A stretch of DNA of 64,000 nucleotides from an uncultured Chloroflexia bacterium (lineage in GTDB: Bacteria > Chloroflexota > Limnocylindria > Limnocylindrales > CSP1-4), in assembly GCA_963714675.1 (NCBI GenBank), contig CAVQPG010000004.1:563184-627183 (forward strand), given 5' to 3'. The notes beneath the pieces were generated by a model, which was not told the DNA's origin, searched no databases, and saw only the letters and a list, made by a program, of their open reading frames with translations. The stretch's first letter is position 1, and each line of letters begins with the position of its first letter. The position numbers and the translations under genes are program-made. Shown one piece after another: positions 9,766 to 22,259 of this stretch.

Positions 9766-10431
9766 CTAGCTCTTGGCGGCGATCTCCGCCTGTGCCTTGG
9801 CCCAGTCAGCCTCGAACTGGGCGATGCCCTTGTCGGTCAGCGGATGCTTGACCATCTGCTGCACGACCTTGAATGGGACGGTGGCGATGGTGGCGCCGGC
9901 GAGGGCCCCGTCGATGACGTGGCGCGGCGAGCGGGTGGAAGCGACGATGATCTCCGCGTCCATCTCGTGGATCTCGAGCACCGCGGCCAGCTCCCGGACC
10001 ATGTCCATGCCGTCCTGGGCGATGTCGTCGAGGCGGCCCACGAACGGAGACAGGTAGGTGGCACCAGCCTTGGCTGCGAGCAGGCCCTGGGCCGTGCTGA
10101 AGATGAGCGTGCAGTTGGTCTTGATGCCCTCTTCGGCGAAGGTCGAGATGGCCGTCAGGCCGGTCTCGGTCATGGGCACCTTGATGACGATGTTGGGCGC
10201 GATCTTGGTGAACGCCCGACCCTCGCGCAGGATCCCCTCGAGGTCGTCAGCGATGACCTCAGCGCTGACCGGCCCGGAGGTGATGCTCGTGATCTCCGCG
10301 AGGACATCCTCGTAGCTGCCGCCACCGGCCTTGGCGAAGAGCGTGGGGTTGGTGGTGACGCCGTCGAGCACGCCCCAGCTATGGACGGTGCGGATCTCGT
10401 CGATGACAGCGGTATCCAGGAACAACTTCAT
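9766..10431 (-). CDS. tal: Transaldolase, short Fsa/TalC type
   Basis: Internal ATG (residue 35 of ORF 9766-10533) starts [14 protein letters not shown]. Active-site region [13 protein letters not shown]. 221 aa. Confidence 0.85.
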   Translation of the reverse strand: MKLFLDTAVIDEIRTVHSWGVLDGVTTNPTLFAKAGGGSYEDVLAEITSITSGPVSAEVIADDLEGILREGRAFTKIAPNIVIKVPMTETGLTAISTFAEEGIKTNCTLIFSTAQGLLAAKAGATYLSPFVGRLDDIAQDGMDMVRELAAVLEIHEMDAEIIVASTRSPRHVIDGALAGATIATVPFKVVQQMVKHPLTDKGIAQFEADWAKAQAEIAAKS

Positions 10432-10540
10432 GGGATGCGGGCTCCTTGAGGGAGTGATGCGGGTCTGTTCCGACATTGTACGGCCCGGCCGTATCGAAGC
10501 GATGTCGAAGACCGAGTCACCATCCGCGGCCACCCGGCTC

Positions 10541-10723
10541 GAACCACGTGGGTACCCAACGCGCCGTGTGGGTACCTAGCGCGCCGTGTGGGTACATAGC
10601 GCGCCGTGTGGGTACATAGCGCGCCGTGTCGGCACCTAGCGCGCCGTGTCGGCACCTAGCGCGCCGTGTCGGCACCTAGCGCGCCGTGTCGGCACCTAGC
10701 GCGCGTGCGGATCGTGTCGGCAC
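10541..10723. repeat. Tandem array of a 20-bp unit, 7 full plus 2 partial copies, two sequence variants
   Basis: Units gcgccgtgtgggtacMtagc (x3) then gcgccgtgtcggcacctagc (x4), in exact phase from 10561 to 10700, with degenerate flanking copies. Confidence 0.85.
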
Positions 10724-11076
10724 CGATGCTTCTGCTCAAATGGCCCGCTGGGTGGCACAAGGGAGATGTCCCTTGGGTCGCGGGTGACGCACCTGCGTAT
10801 GCATGCATGACTCCTGCATACCGCCTCCTGCCACGATGCAGGCCGGTCGCATGTCGATGCGAACGGACCGCGGCATGAGGGAGAACCAGGACTCGTAGCT
10901 GTCCACGGCCGCGTGAGGGTCCATCTGACCAGAAGTGCGCCACGGGCGACCGAGGCCTCCCACCGGCCACCGCCGCCAACCGTTCTGGAACCGCGTGTCG
11001 CAGGCACCGACGCTCGGGCACTGACGATCCCAGAGCCAAACACCCAGCCATCGCGGGCACCGACGCCCTGGGCAAC

Positions 11077-11133
11077 GACGATCTCGGCACTGACGATCTC
11101 GGCGCCGACGATCTCGGCGCCGACGCCCGAGCC
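11077..11133. repeat. Tandem 15-bp repeats (gacgatctcggcRcY, 3-4 copies) immediately 3' of pyrG
   Basis: Direct reading: ...gacgatctcggcactgacgatctcggcgccgacgatctcggcgccgacgcccgagcc. Confidence 0.7.
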
Positions 11134-11150
11134 AGGATCGAGCTGTCGAG

Positions 11151-13286
<2,136 letters not shown>

Positions 13287-13320
13287 CTAGCCCCCGCTCG
13301 CGCTAGCCACCCAGCTCGCG

Positions 13321-14147
13321 CTACCGCCGGCCGAGCCCTCGTTCGCCCAGGAAGAGCCGACCGACGATGAGGAAGAAGAGCACCGCCGGCAGCGTGAGCA
13401 TGACGGCGCCAGCCATCATCACCGGCCAGCCAGTGGGGTCGAGCTGCTGCAGCTGTCGAAGCGCCAAGGGCAGGGTGTAGAGATCCTGGTCCCGCAGGTA
13501 CAGCAGCGGGCTGATGAAGTCGCTCCAGTAGAGGATGAACGTGAGCACCGCCACCGCCACCGTCGAGGGCCAGGCGTTGGGCATGGCGATCCGGCGCCAC
13601 ACGCGCCAGCGGCCCGGCCCCGTCGAGATGGGCCATCTCGAAGACTTCGGCCGAGGCCCGCCGGAAGGTCCAGTAGTAGATGAGCACGAACAGCGGACTG
13701 GACCCCGCCACGGCCGGAGCCACCAGCGCCAGCAGCGTGTCGGTCAGCCCGATCGAGTTGAAGATGAGGAAGCGCGTCAGCCACAGGGCGGTCACCGGCA
13801 CCAGCAGCAGCGCCACCGAGAGCACCAGCAGCGCGCCCCGCGTGCGCCGCTCGAGCAGGGCCATCGCGAAGCCCGCCATCGAGGCGGTGACGACGGTCAG
13901 CGGTACCGCCAGCGCCACCACCGCGAGGGAGTTGAGCAGGTAGCGCGCGAACGGCAACAGCTCGAAGACGGTCCCGTAGTTCTCGATGGTCGCCGACGGG
14001 CGGCAGCCACTCGATGGTCGTCGGCGGCGCCAGCCCGGGCCCACGCAGCGAGGCCGTGATCATCCACAGCAGCGGCAGCAGGAACAGGACCGCCACCAGC
14101 AGCGGCATGAGGTGGCCACCGACCCAGCCACTCCGACGCTCAGACAT
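13321..14147 (-). pseudogene. Carbohydrate ABC transporter permease (MalG/UgpE-like), split over three frames by two same-direction 1-nt indels
   Basis: Fragments MSERRSG...TTIEWLPP | SATIENYGTVFELLPF...HLDGAGPLAR | VWRRIAMPNAW...LFFLIVGRLF join into one EAA-loop permease. Shifts are near 13995 and 13605. May be an assembly artefact. Confidence 0.65.
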
Positions 14148-15012
14148 CGGCCACGTAGCCTCGCCGGCGGAAGAGCAGGTAGATGCCGCCGATGATGGCC
14201 ACCGAGAGCAGGAACGTGAGCAGCATCAGCGCTGAGCCGGCCCCGAAGCGGAAGCGGTCGAAGGCCTCCTCGTAGGTCAGCAGGGGCACGAACAAGGTGG
14301 CGTAGTAGGGATCGCCGCCGGTCATCACGTACGAGGGCGTGAACGTCCACCCGAAGCTGAGGACCACGTCGCGGAACGTGAGCAGCGCCAGCCACGGCAG
14401 CAGCAGTGGCAGGGTCAGGTACCGGAACGAGGTCCAGCGCCCGGCCCCATCCACGGCACCCGCGTCGAAGACCTCCCGCGACAGCCCGCGAAGAGCTGCC
14501 AGCAGGACCACGAACCCCTCCCCGATCTGGAAGGCGGCCATGATCACGAACGGGAAGCGGGCCGTGTCGGGGTCGGCCAGCCAGCCGGGGGTCGGCAGCC
14601 CCAGCGTCTCGAGCGCCACGTTCACCGGGCCGAAGACCGGGTTGAGGATCCACAGCCAGATGAGCGCGAAGGCCACGTCGGGGATGATCGTGGGCACGTA
14701 CACCGCGGCCCGATAGCCCCCGGCACCCCGGCGAGGCCGGGACAGCAGCATGGCCAGGCCCAGCGCGCCAAGGATGCGCAGGGGCACGGCCAGCAGGATG
14801 AAGACGAGCGAGTTGCTGATGGCCGTGCCCACGATGGGGTCCGCCGCGAGCAGGCGGAAGTTGGCGAAGCCCACGTAGACCGGGGGCGTGAGCGCGTCGA
14901 AGGAGGTGAACGCCAACACCGCCGACATCAGCGCCGGCAGCCCCACCAACGCGAGCGTGCCCACGAGGTACGGCAGCAGCATGACCCACAGGCCCGCTCG
15001 CCAGGAGTTCAT
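14140..15012 (-). CDS. Carbohydrate ABC transporter permease (MalF/UgpA-like)
   Basis: 290 aa, six TM helices, EAA-like loop. Overlaps the downstream permease by 8 nt. Confidence 0.8.
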   Translation of the reverse strand: MNSWRAGLWVMLLPYLVGTLALVGLPALMSAVLAFTSFDALTPPVYVGFANFRLLAADPIVGTAISNSLVFILLAVPLRILGALGLAMLLSRPRRGAGGYRAAVYVPTIIPDVAFALIWLWILNPVFGPVNVALETLGLPTPGWLADPDTARFPFVIMAAFQIGEGFVVLLAALRGLSREVFDAGAVDGAGRWTSFRYLTLPLLLPWLALLTFRDVVLSFGWTFTPSYVMTGGDPYYATLFVPLLTYEEAFDRFRFGAGSALMLLTFLLSVAIIGGIYLLFRRRGYVADV

Positions 15013-15027
15013 GTCGAGTCGGTGCCC

Positions 15028-16419
15028 CTAGCCTTCCTCACCAGCGAAGAACGGGGTCGTTCGCGTGATCATCGCGTCGATGGCCTCGTCCACGCTCGCC
15101 TGGCCATAGAAGGCGCGCTCCAGCTCGTCGCCGGTGACCTCCTCGATATCTACCCACGTGGCCATCACCGGCAGGGTCCGGAGCGTGTCCGCCGTCTCCA
15201 GCCAGACCGCACTGTTGGCCGGCGCCGCTGACGGATCGAGGAAGGCGTCCGACGAGGCTACCGATCTGAGCGACGGCACGGTCCGGCCCGACTCAGCCAC
15301 GATGGCCTGCCCGACAGGCGAGTTGGCGAACTCGATGAACGTCCAGGCAGCATCCTTGTCCTCGGTCGCGGCCGCCATGCAGTAGGCGTCGGAGTGCAGG
15401 ATGCCGGCCGGCTCCGAACCGGTGGGCAAGGCGGCGACGTCCCAGTCGAGGCCCTCGACGGCACGCGCCGTGGGCGTCCCCCGGCGGCTGTTGAGGAACA
15501 TCGCGGTGCGTCCGTTGAGGAAGCGACTCTCGCTGGACTCGGCCGTCTCGGCCAGCGCATCGGGCACCACGCCATGGACGGTCTGCAGCTCGACGAACCA
15601 TTCCACGGCCTCGCGCGCGGCGCGCGAATCGAGGGCCAGTCGGATCGGCCGCAACCCCGACTCGAGCACGGTCAGCTGCCCTCCGTTCCCCCACACGAAC
15701 GGCGCCAGGCGGAAGATGGAGGCCTCGGTGCCGAGACCGTACTGGTCGGTGTCACCGTCGCCATCGAGGTCCAAGGTCAGGGCCTGCGCGGTGGCCAGGA
15801 AGTCGTCCCAGGTCCAGTCATCGGTGGGGTAGGCCAGGCCGGCGGCGTCGAAGAGCTCGCGGTCGTAGTAGACGACGAGGCTGCTGATGTTCTGCGGGAT
15901 GCACATCAGCTGGCCGCGCCACTTGAACGGCTCGGTGGCGACCTCGAAGAAGTCGCTCTCGCTGATGAGGTCGCTCCCGCGCAGGTAGGGTGCCAGGGGC
16001 TCCAGCGCACCCATGGCCGCGAAGGGCGCATAGCGGCGGTAGTTGATGAGCACCACGTCCGCGGGGTCGCCGGCGGCGAAGTCGACACCCAGACGGGCGC
16101 GGTAGTCCGAGGCGCTCGGGATGTGGATGAGCTCGACGTCGATATCTGGGTGCTCAGCCTCGAAGGCTGCCACCAGCGACCCGTAGGCGGCCAGCTCAGC
16201 AGGGTCCCCGAAGACCATGAACGAGACCTCGCCCGACCCCTGTGCAGCCGCGCCCGAGGCTGCCACCACGGACGCGAGGACAGTGGCCGAGATGATGTGG
16301 GCAAGCCGATTCGGAAGGAAGCGCAAGGGTCGGACCTCGAAGCGACGGCGTGAGGGCCGATAGGATAGGTGGGATGTCGGGAATGAGCGCTCCGCCCCCC
16401 AGCCAGCCTGCGCCCTCAT
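15028..16419 (-). CDS. ABC transporter extracellular solute-binding protein, family 1 (sugar)
   Basis: Signal-like segment RLAHIISATVLASVVAASGAAAQG, then a family-1 binding-protein fold. The true start is probably downstream of 16419 at a non-ATG codon. Confidence 0.75.
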   Translation of the reverse strand: MRAQAGWGAERSFPTSHLSYRPSRRRFEVRPLRFLPNRLAHIISATVLASVVAASGAAAQGSGEVSFMVFGDPAELAAYGSLVAAFEAEHPDIDVELIHIPSASDYRARLGVDFAAGDPADVVLINYRRYAPFAAMGALEPLAPYLRGSDLISESDFFEVATEPFKWRGQLMCIPQNISSLVVYYDRELFDAAGLAYPTDDWTWDDFLATAQALTLDLDGDGDTDQYGLGTEASIFRLAPFVWGNGGQLTVLESGLRPIRLALDSRAAREAVEWFVELQTVHGVVPDALAETAESSESRFLNGRTAMFLNSRRGTPTARAVEGLDWDVAALPTGSEPAGILHSDAYCMAAATEDKDAAWTFIEFANSPVGQAIVAESGRTVPSLRSVASSDAFLDPSAAPANSAVWLETADTLRTLPVMATWVDIEEVTGDELERAFYGQASVDEAIDAMITRTTPFFAGEEG

Positions 16420-16763
16420 GGGTACCGGTGCTGCGCGCTGCGGGGCTCGTGTATCTCGCCCTGGGCGCCCTGCTGGGGGCCGCGTGGCTGGTCGGCGGGA
16501 TCGACTCGTCGCTCTTCCCCACCGGCTGGATCTTCCCGGCGGTGCTGCTCGCGAGCGGCGCGCTGATGGTCGCCCGGCGCCGCTTCGACATCGTCGTGAC
16601 CCTCTGGGCCGGATTGGCAGTGGCCACCTTCTCGCTCGCGGTGTTGCTCTACACCGACGCCCTGAACCTCGGCCTCGACGACCCGGCGGCCTTCGATTCG
16701 GCCATCATCGTGGCGGCGTTCGGCCTCGTGGCCCTGGTGACCCGACCGGCATTCCGGGACTGA
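16350..16763 (+). CDS. Small integral membrane protein, hypothetical
   Basis: Three or four hydrophobic helices. The start is probably at an internal M (MSGMSAPP, near 16374). Confidence 0.4.
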   Translation: MRADRIGGMSGMSAPPPSQPAPSWVPVLRAAGLVYLALGALLGAAWLVGGIDSSLFPTGWIFPAVLLASGALMVARRRFDIVVTLWAGLAVATFSLAVLLYTDALNLGLDDPAAFDSAIIVAAFGLVALVTRPAFRD

Positions 16764-16911
16764 GCGATCGGGTCGCCCCGTCATCGATCGGCGACCCGGA
16801 CGACAGCGCACTCGCTGAAGTGGGTGTAGGCTCGCGCGAAATCGGACCAGCGCGCTGCGCGATGGCCCGCCAGATCGGGAATGCCCAGCCCCGAACCCGC
16901 ATGCCGGAGAG

Positions 16912-17577
16912 GTGCCTCGACCGATGCTGAAGCAGGAACGCCCCCACCGCCGCCTCCGCGGCCTCGCCGCCGCCACCATCGTGGCTGGCCTCACGCTGTT
17001 CCCTGCTGGTGCAGCCATGGCCGTGGACACCGGGGCCGCTGAGGTGGAACCCGCGCTTACCGACAGCGTCGCCGCCACCGCCACGGTCGACGAGCTGCGC
17101 ACGATCGTCGCGGATCTGAGCACGGCCAATGACGCCTTGACCGCGAATAACATGGACCTGCAGGCCACGGTCGACACGCTGGCCCAGGAGCGCGACCGCC
17201 TGGCGGCCTCGATCGAGCGCTTCGACGAACTCTACGACCCAATCGAGTCCGACCGCCAGCTGCTCTTCGAGCTGCGCAAGCAGCTACCCGAGACCCGCCC
17301 TGAGGCTGAGGCCCAGCTGGCACGTATCCGTTCGCTGGCCCTGTCCTCCGATCCCCAGCGCCTGGGCCAGATCGTCGAGCGCGTCGATCGAGCCGCACCG
17401 GCCTTCCTCGACTGGCGCTTCGGCGACTTCGAGACCACCCAGGAATTCAGCGCGGCCTACGTCGAGACCGGCGCCAACGCCTTCGACAGCTCCTTCGAGG
17501 AGCTGCGCTCGGAAGCCCTGATGACCGTGGCCAATCGCCTCGACGGACTGCTGACCATCCTCGACCGGGTCCGCTAG
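16912..17577 (+). CDS. Secreted coiled-coil protein with a Tat-like signal peptide (RRLRGLAAATIVAG...AMA)
   Basis: N-terminal RR motif, hydrophobic stretch and AxA site. The remainder is helical and Ala/Leu/Glu-rich. First gene of a plus-strand operon. Confidence 0.5.
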   Translation: MPRPMLKQERPHRRLRGLAAATIVAGLTLFPAGAAMAVDTGAAEVEPALTDSVAATATVDELRTIVADLSTANDALTANNMDLQATVDTLAQERDRLAASIERFDELYDPIESDRQLLFELRKQLPETRPEAEAQLARIRSLALSSDPQRLGQIVERVDRAAPAFLDWRFGDFETTQEFSAAYVETGANAFDSSFEELRSEALMTVANRLDGLLTILDRVR

Positions 17578-17614
17578 CGCGGCCTGCCAACTCCCAGACC
17601 CGACAAGGAGAACG

Positions 17615-19796
17615 ATGACCCCTGCCCGCACGTCGTGGCGCCTCGCGCTCGGCACCTCACTGGCCCTTGCCCTGAGCATCTCCGTCCCGGCCGCTGGCCG
17701 AGGACGATGAGGATCCGCTCGGAACCGATCCCTCCAACGTCATCCCGCTGCTCGGGGCCCAGCCGATGGACCTGCTCGGTCCGGCCGGCAACCTGCTCTC
17801 CGGCCAGGCCTGGCTGATGGCCACCGGCGGCGGCGACCCTGCCGCTGCCGCAGTCGCCGACGTCGACCAGCTGCTGGGGCCGGGCCTCGGGGCCACGACC
17901 GGATCGGACCGCACGCAGGCCGCCGGCGCGGGTGCGCCAGTGCCGTTCCGCGAGCCTGGACCGGCGTTCTCGCGCAACATCCTGGTCACCCGCGACTTCG
18001 GCCAGGCCCCGTTCCAGACCGAGCCGCACATCGAGGCTAACCCGGAGGATCCCCAGCACCTCGTGCTGGGCGTCATCGACTACGCCTTCCCCTCGATGTC
18101 GACCTACGTCAGCTTCGACGGCGGCGAGCGCTGGGAGGGGCCCAACCAGGTGCCCTACCTGCTCAAGGACCTTGGCGCGGGCGGCGACCCGGTCATGGCC
18201 TTCGACCGTGACGGCGGCGTGTACATGAACTACATCTCCATCGGCGTCGACGAGTTCAACCTGGGCCCCATCGAGGTGGCGGCACAGGTCTCGAGCATCG
18301 CGGTGGCCAGGTCCGACGACGACGGCTTCACCTGGCCGACGCAGATCTCCGCGGCGCGCAGCGCGGTCGATACCGACGGCCTCGAGAGCGACCGCTTCGG
18401 GCGCCTCCGTGGCCTCGTCGACATCTCCTTCCTCGACAAGCCCTGGATGGCCGTGGGCCCGCACCCCGACGATCCCGAGGCCGACGTCATCTACGTGACC
18501 TACACGAACTTCGACCTCAGCTACGAGATCCTCTACATCGGCGAGATCCCCAACCTGCTGCCGACCGAGATGCGCACCAGCATCGAGCTGGTCAAGTCCG
18601 AGGACGGTGGCCGCACCTGGACCGACCCGGTGACCGTGAGCCCGGTCGTGCGTCGCGCCTACGGTGAACAGGGCGACGACACCGGCGGGTCGGGCGTCTT
18701 CGGCACCCTGCGCGTCGTACAGGGCAGCCAGCCCGAGGTCACCCCCGACGGCACCGTGCACGTGGCCTGGATGGACAGCACCGACGACGATTCCCAGAAG
18801 GGCATCGCGGAGATCCAGGTGGCCACCAGCAGCGACGCCGGCGAGACGTGGTCGACGCCGGTCGTGGCCTCGGTCTTCAACGAGCCCGAGTTCCGGCCGC
18901 GGACCAACAACTTCCGCTTCTGGGCCTCGGCCTTCCCGCAGATCGCGTCAGGGCCCGAGGGTGAGGTCTACGTCGCCTACGTCGGGCGTCCCTCGGACAA
19001 GCCCAACGACGACGGCGATGTGTTCCTGACGACCTCGCTCGACCAGGGCCTGACCTGGAGCCGGCCCAAGGTGCTCAACGACGACGACACCGACCACGTC
19101 CAGATCTTCCCCAGCATCGATGTGAGCCCCGACGGCGCCGTGCACGCGATGTGGGGCGACTTCCGCGACAGCATCTCGCAGTCGCGCTACCAGATCTACT
19201 ACACCCGCTCGGACGACCAGGGTCAGACCTTCGGCTTCACCAACGAGCAGCTGGGCCTGAGCGTGGGCGACACACGCGTGACGGACTACGCCTCCAATCC
19301 CAACTACGCCTTCCCCGGCGGCCGCTTCATCGGCGACTACTTCAGCCTTACCGCGACCGACGACGACGTGCACATGGCCTGGTCAGACGCACGCCTCGGC
19401 GAGTTCGGCCCCATGAACCAGAAGGTGGCCGTGGCTCGCACCGAGGCGGTCAACTCGCCGGAGATCTTCATCAACCCGCCGTCCGGACCGGGCGGCCAGG
19501 AGGTGACCCTCCAGGGCTTCGACTACCAGCCGGACATGGGCGTCTACGTGCAGCTCGGGGATAGCACCATCTCCAACCTGCGCACCAACGCCGACGGAGG
19601 CTTCACTGCCCGCATCTACATGCCCATCACCAGCGAGGGCAGTCAGAGCATCACCGTCTTCGACGAGTCCGGCAACGCCGCGTCCACGTCGTTCTTCACC
19701 GATTTCGGCTTCGGCAACATCAAGGATCTCATCGAGGACCTTGGTGGGCGCATCGACGAGCTCGAGTCGAGCGACAGCGGCACGAGCGAGGAGTAG
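17615..19796 (+). CDS. BNR/Asp-box repeat protein (sialidase/glycosidase-like beta-propeller) with a C-terminal Ig-like domain; the signal peptide is frameshifted
   Basis: Asp-box motifs SDDDGFTW, SEDGGRTW, SSDAGETW, SLDQGLTW, SDDQGQTF. An ATG near 17615 with a perfect AAGGAG RBS encodes MTPARTSWRLALGTSLALALSISVPAA. It joins the 17766 ORF after a 1-nt shift near 17695. Confidence 0.65.
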
Positions 19797-19799
19797 GCC

Positions 19800-22211
19800 A
19801 TGACCGGGTGCGATCGCGTGCGGATGGCTCTGCCATTCGCGTTCTCCCTGCTGCTCGTGGGCGCGCTCCTGCCCGCCTCCACGCTGGCCCAGGAGGAGGC
19901 CTACGAGCCGCCCCACGACAAGCCCGGCCCGGCGGCCGAGCGCCTGCTCTACAACTCGTTCTTCGTCGATCGGGCACCGCTCGACATCGAGGCGGGGAAC
20001 ATGGACCTTTACCTGTTCGGGCTCAAGACCGAAGCCGCCCAGGACCTGCGCGGGGCCGAGGGCGTGAAGCTCATCGACGCGCCGGCCACCCAGGTCTCGC
20101 TCATCCTCAACCCCGCCCCTGCGCGCGAGGGTGAGCTCAACCCCTTCTCCATCAAGGGCATCCGCCAGGCGATGCAGTACCTCGTCAACCGCGAGGCCAT
20201 CGCCCAGGACATCTACCGCGGCGCGGGGCAGCCGCAGCTCACCCACGTGGGCCCCAGCGATCCCGACTTCCTGACCATCTACGACATCGACCGCGGCTCC
20301 GGCATCCGCTACGACCCCGAGCTGGCGCGCGACCTCATCAGCGCCGAGATGGAAGCCGCCGGTGCCGAGCTGGTCGATGGGATCTGGAACTACGAGGGCC
20401 AGCCCGTCCGGATCAAGCTCATCGGCCGCGTCGAGGATGAACGCCGCGACATCGCTGACCTGGTCCGCTCGGAGCTCGAGCAAGCCGGCTTCGCCGTGGC
20501 CATCACCTACGACCAGTTCGCACCGGCCCTGCAGAAGGTCTACTCCAGCGACCCCGCCCAGTTCGAGTGGCACATCTACACCGAGGGCTGGGGCCGCAGC
20601 GCCCCACGCCGCTACGACGTTGGCTCGGTCAACGCCTACATCGCTCCCTGGCTGGGACAGATGCCCGGCTGGCTCGAGGAGGGCTACTGGCAGTACGAGA
20701 ACCCCGAGCTCGACGCCCTGGGACAGACGCTCTATCGCGGTGAGTTCGACAGCCTCGAGGAGCGCAATGCGATCTACCGCGAGATGACCGCGGCCGGGCT
20801 CGACGAGTCCATCCGCATCTGGCTGGCCACGGTCGACAACAGCTTCCCCGCCGTCGACACCCTCGAGGGCATGACGCGTGACCTGGTGGCCGGTCCCCGC
20901 AACCCGTGGGCCCTGCGCGAGGCCTACGTGCCCGGTTCGGACGATGTGCGCGTGGGGCACCAGTGGGTCTGGACCGAGCGCACCACCTACAACCCCATCG
21001 GCGGTCTCGGCGACGTCTACGCGGTGGACGTCTGGCGCAACCTCGCCGACCCGCCCATCTGGAACGACCCTTTCACCGGCATTCCCAAGCCCTTCCGCGC
21101 CGACTACGAGGTGGAGACCGCCGGTCCCGATGGCACCCTCGAGGTGCCGGCCGACGCACTGACCTGGGATGTCACATCCAAGACCTGGACACCGGTGCCC
21201 GCGGGCACGACCGCGGTGAGCAAGGTCACCTTCGACTACTCCAAGTACACCGATTCGGTCTGGCATGACGGCCAGCCCATCACCATGGCCGACGCCATCT
21301 ACTCCATCGCACAGGGCGTCGAGCTGGCCTACGACCCCGAGAAGGTACGCATCGAGACCGCCCTGGCGGTGACCTCGCGACCCATCCTCGAGACGTTCAA
21401 GGGCTATCGCCTGACCGATGACGGCCAGCTCGAGGTCTACGTCGACTACTGGCACTTCGACGAGGACCACATCGGCGCCTACGCCAGCCCCGTCAGCTTC
21501 GACATGCCCTGGGAGCTGAAGGCCGCCATGGACGACCTTGTCTTCGAACAGCGTCGCGCGGCCTACAGCGACACCGCCGCCAGCCGCTTCAGCGTGCCCT
21601 GGCTGTCGCTCGTGCTCGAGCGCGACGCCGGCCTCGTCGATCGCACGCTGCGGGGCCTCGAGCGCGACGAGTTCGTGCCCGAGGGCGTCTTCGACTTCGG
21701 CGGCCAGGTGCTGGTCACGCCCGAAGAGGCCGTGGCCCGCTACCAGGCGGCCCAGGAGTGGTACGACGAGAAGGATCACCTGGTCATCAGCCAGGGACCG
21801 TTCTACCTGCAGCAGTTCGATCCGCCGGCGCAGTTCGCCGAGCTGGTGGCCTTCCGCGATGAGTCCTACCCGTTCCACCCCGGCGATCACTACCGCGGCG
21901 AACCGCCGCTGCTGGAGATCGGCGAGGTGCAGGCTGACCTGGTGGTGCCCGGTGAGGACGCCGTCATCAGTGCCGTCGTCAACGGCCCCGGCACCGTCGG
22001 TCTGCAGTACCTGCTGCTCGATCCGGCTACCACCGAGGTGGTGGTCTCAGGGCGAGCCGAGGACGCGGGCGATGGCACCTTCGCGGTGACGATCCCGGCC
22101 GAAGTCACCGGGTCACTCTTCCCGGGCTTCTACGAGCTCTACATCGCCGCCGACAGCGACTCGCTCGCTCTCATCACCGAGCGCCGGATCGACCTGGAGG
22201 TGCTGCCCTAG
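19800..22211 (+). CDS. ABC transporter substrate-binding protein, family 5 (oligopeptide/dipeptide type), unusually long
   Basis: 803 aa, signal peptide, family-5 binding-protein core plus an extra C-terminal domain. Confidence 0.8.
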   Translation: MTGCDRVRMALPFAFSLLLVGALLPASTLAQEEAYEPPHDKPGPAAERLLYNSFFVDRAPLDIEAGNMDLYLFGLKTEAAQDLRGAEGVKLIDAPATQVSLILNPAPAREGELNPFSIKGIRQAMQYLVNREAIAQDIYRGAGQPQLTHVGPSDPDFLTIYDIDRGSGIRYDPELARDLISAEMEAAGAELVDGIWNYEGQPVRIKLIGRVEDERRDIADLVRSELEQAGFAVAITYDQFAPALQKVYSSDPAQFEWHIYTEGWGRSAPRRYDVGSVNAYIAPWLGQMPGWLEEGYWQYENPELDALGQTLYRGEFDSLEERNAIYREMTAAGLDESIRIWLATVDNSFPAVDTLEGMTRDLVAGPRNPWALREAYVPGSDDVRVGHQWVWTERTTYNPIGGLGDVYAVDVWRNLADPPIWNDPFTGIPKPFRADYEVETAGPDGTLEVPADALTWDVTSKTWTPVPAGTTAVSKVTFDYSKYTDSVWHDGQPITMADAIYSIAQGVELAYDPEKVRIETALAVTSRPILETFKGYRLTDDGQLEVYVDYWHFDEDHIGAYASPVSFDMPWELKAAMDDLVFEQRRAAYSDTAASRFSVPWLSLVLERDAGLVDRTLRGLERDEFVPEGVFDFGGQVLVTPEEAVARYQAAQEWYDEKDHLVISQGPFYLQQFDPPAQFAELVAFRDESYPFHPGDHYRGEPPLLEIGEVQADLVVPGEDAVISAVVNGPGTVGLQYLLLDPATTEVVVSGRAEDAGDGTFAVTIPAEVTGSLFPGFYELYIAADSDSLALITERRIDLEVLP

Positions 22212-22259
22212 CGCTGTGGGCGACCACTCTGGCCGCCCGCGCGGAGGGCTGACCCGCCC

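Noticed and set aside
10541-10723. Possible CRISPR array, because of the regular 20-bp direct repeats
   Set aside because: The units are directly adjacent with no unique spacers. They are also too short (20 bp) and too few. This is a simple tandem repeat, and no cas genes are nearby.
19383-21890. 835-aa minus-strand ORF antisense to the peptide-binding protein. Similar long antisense ORFs lie opposite the Dpp genes, flotillin and NfeD (24623-25678, 30115-31383, 31187-32530), and opposite the aminotransferase (63377-63997).
   Set aside because: No domain signatures and biased low-complexity composition. Each lies opposite a gene with clear family motifs. They are high-GC frame artefacts.
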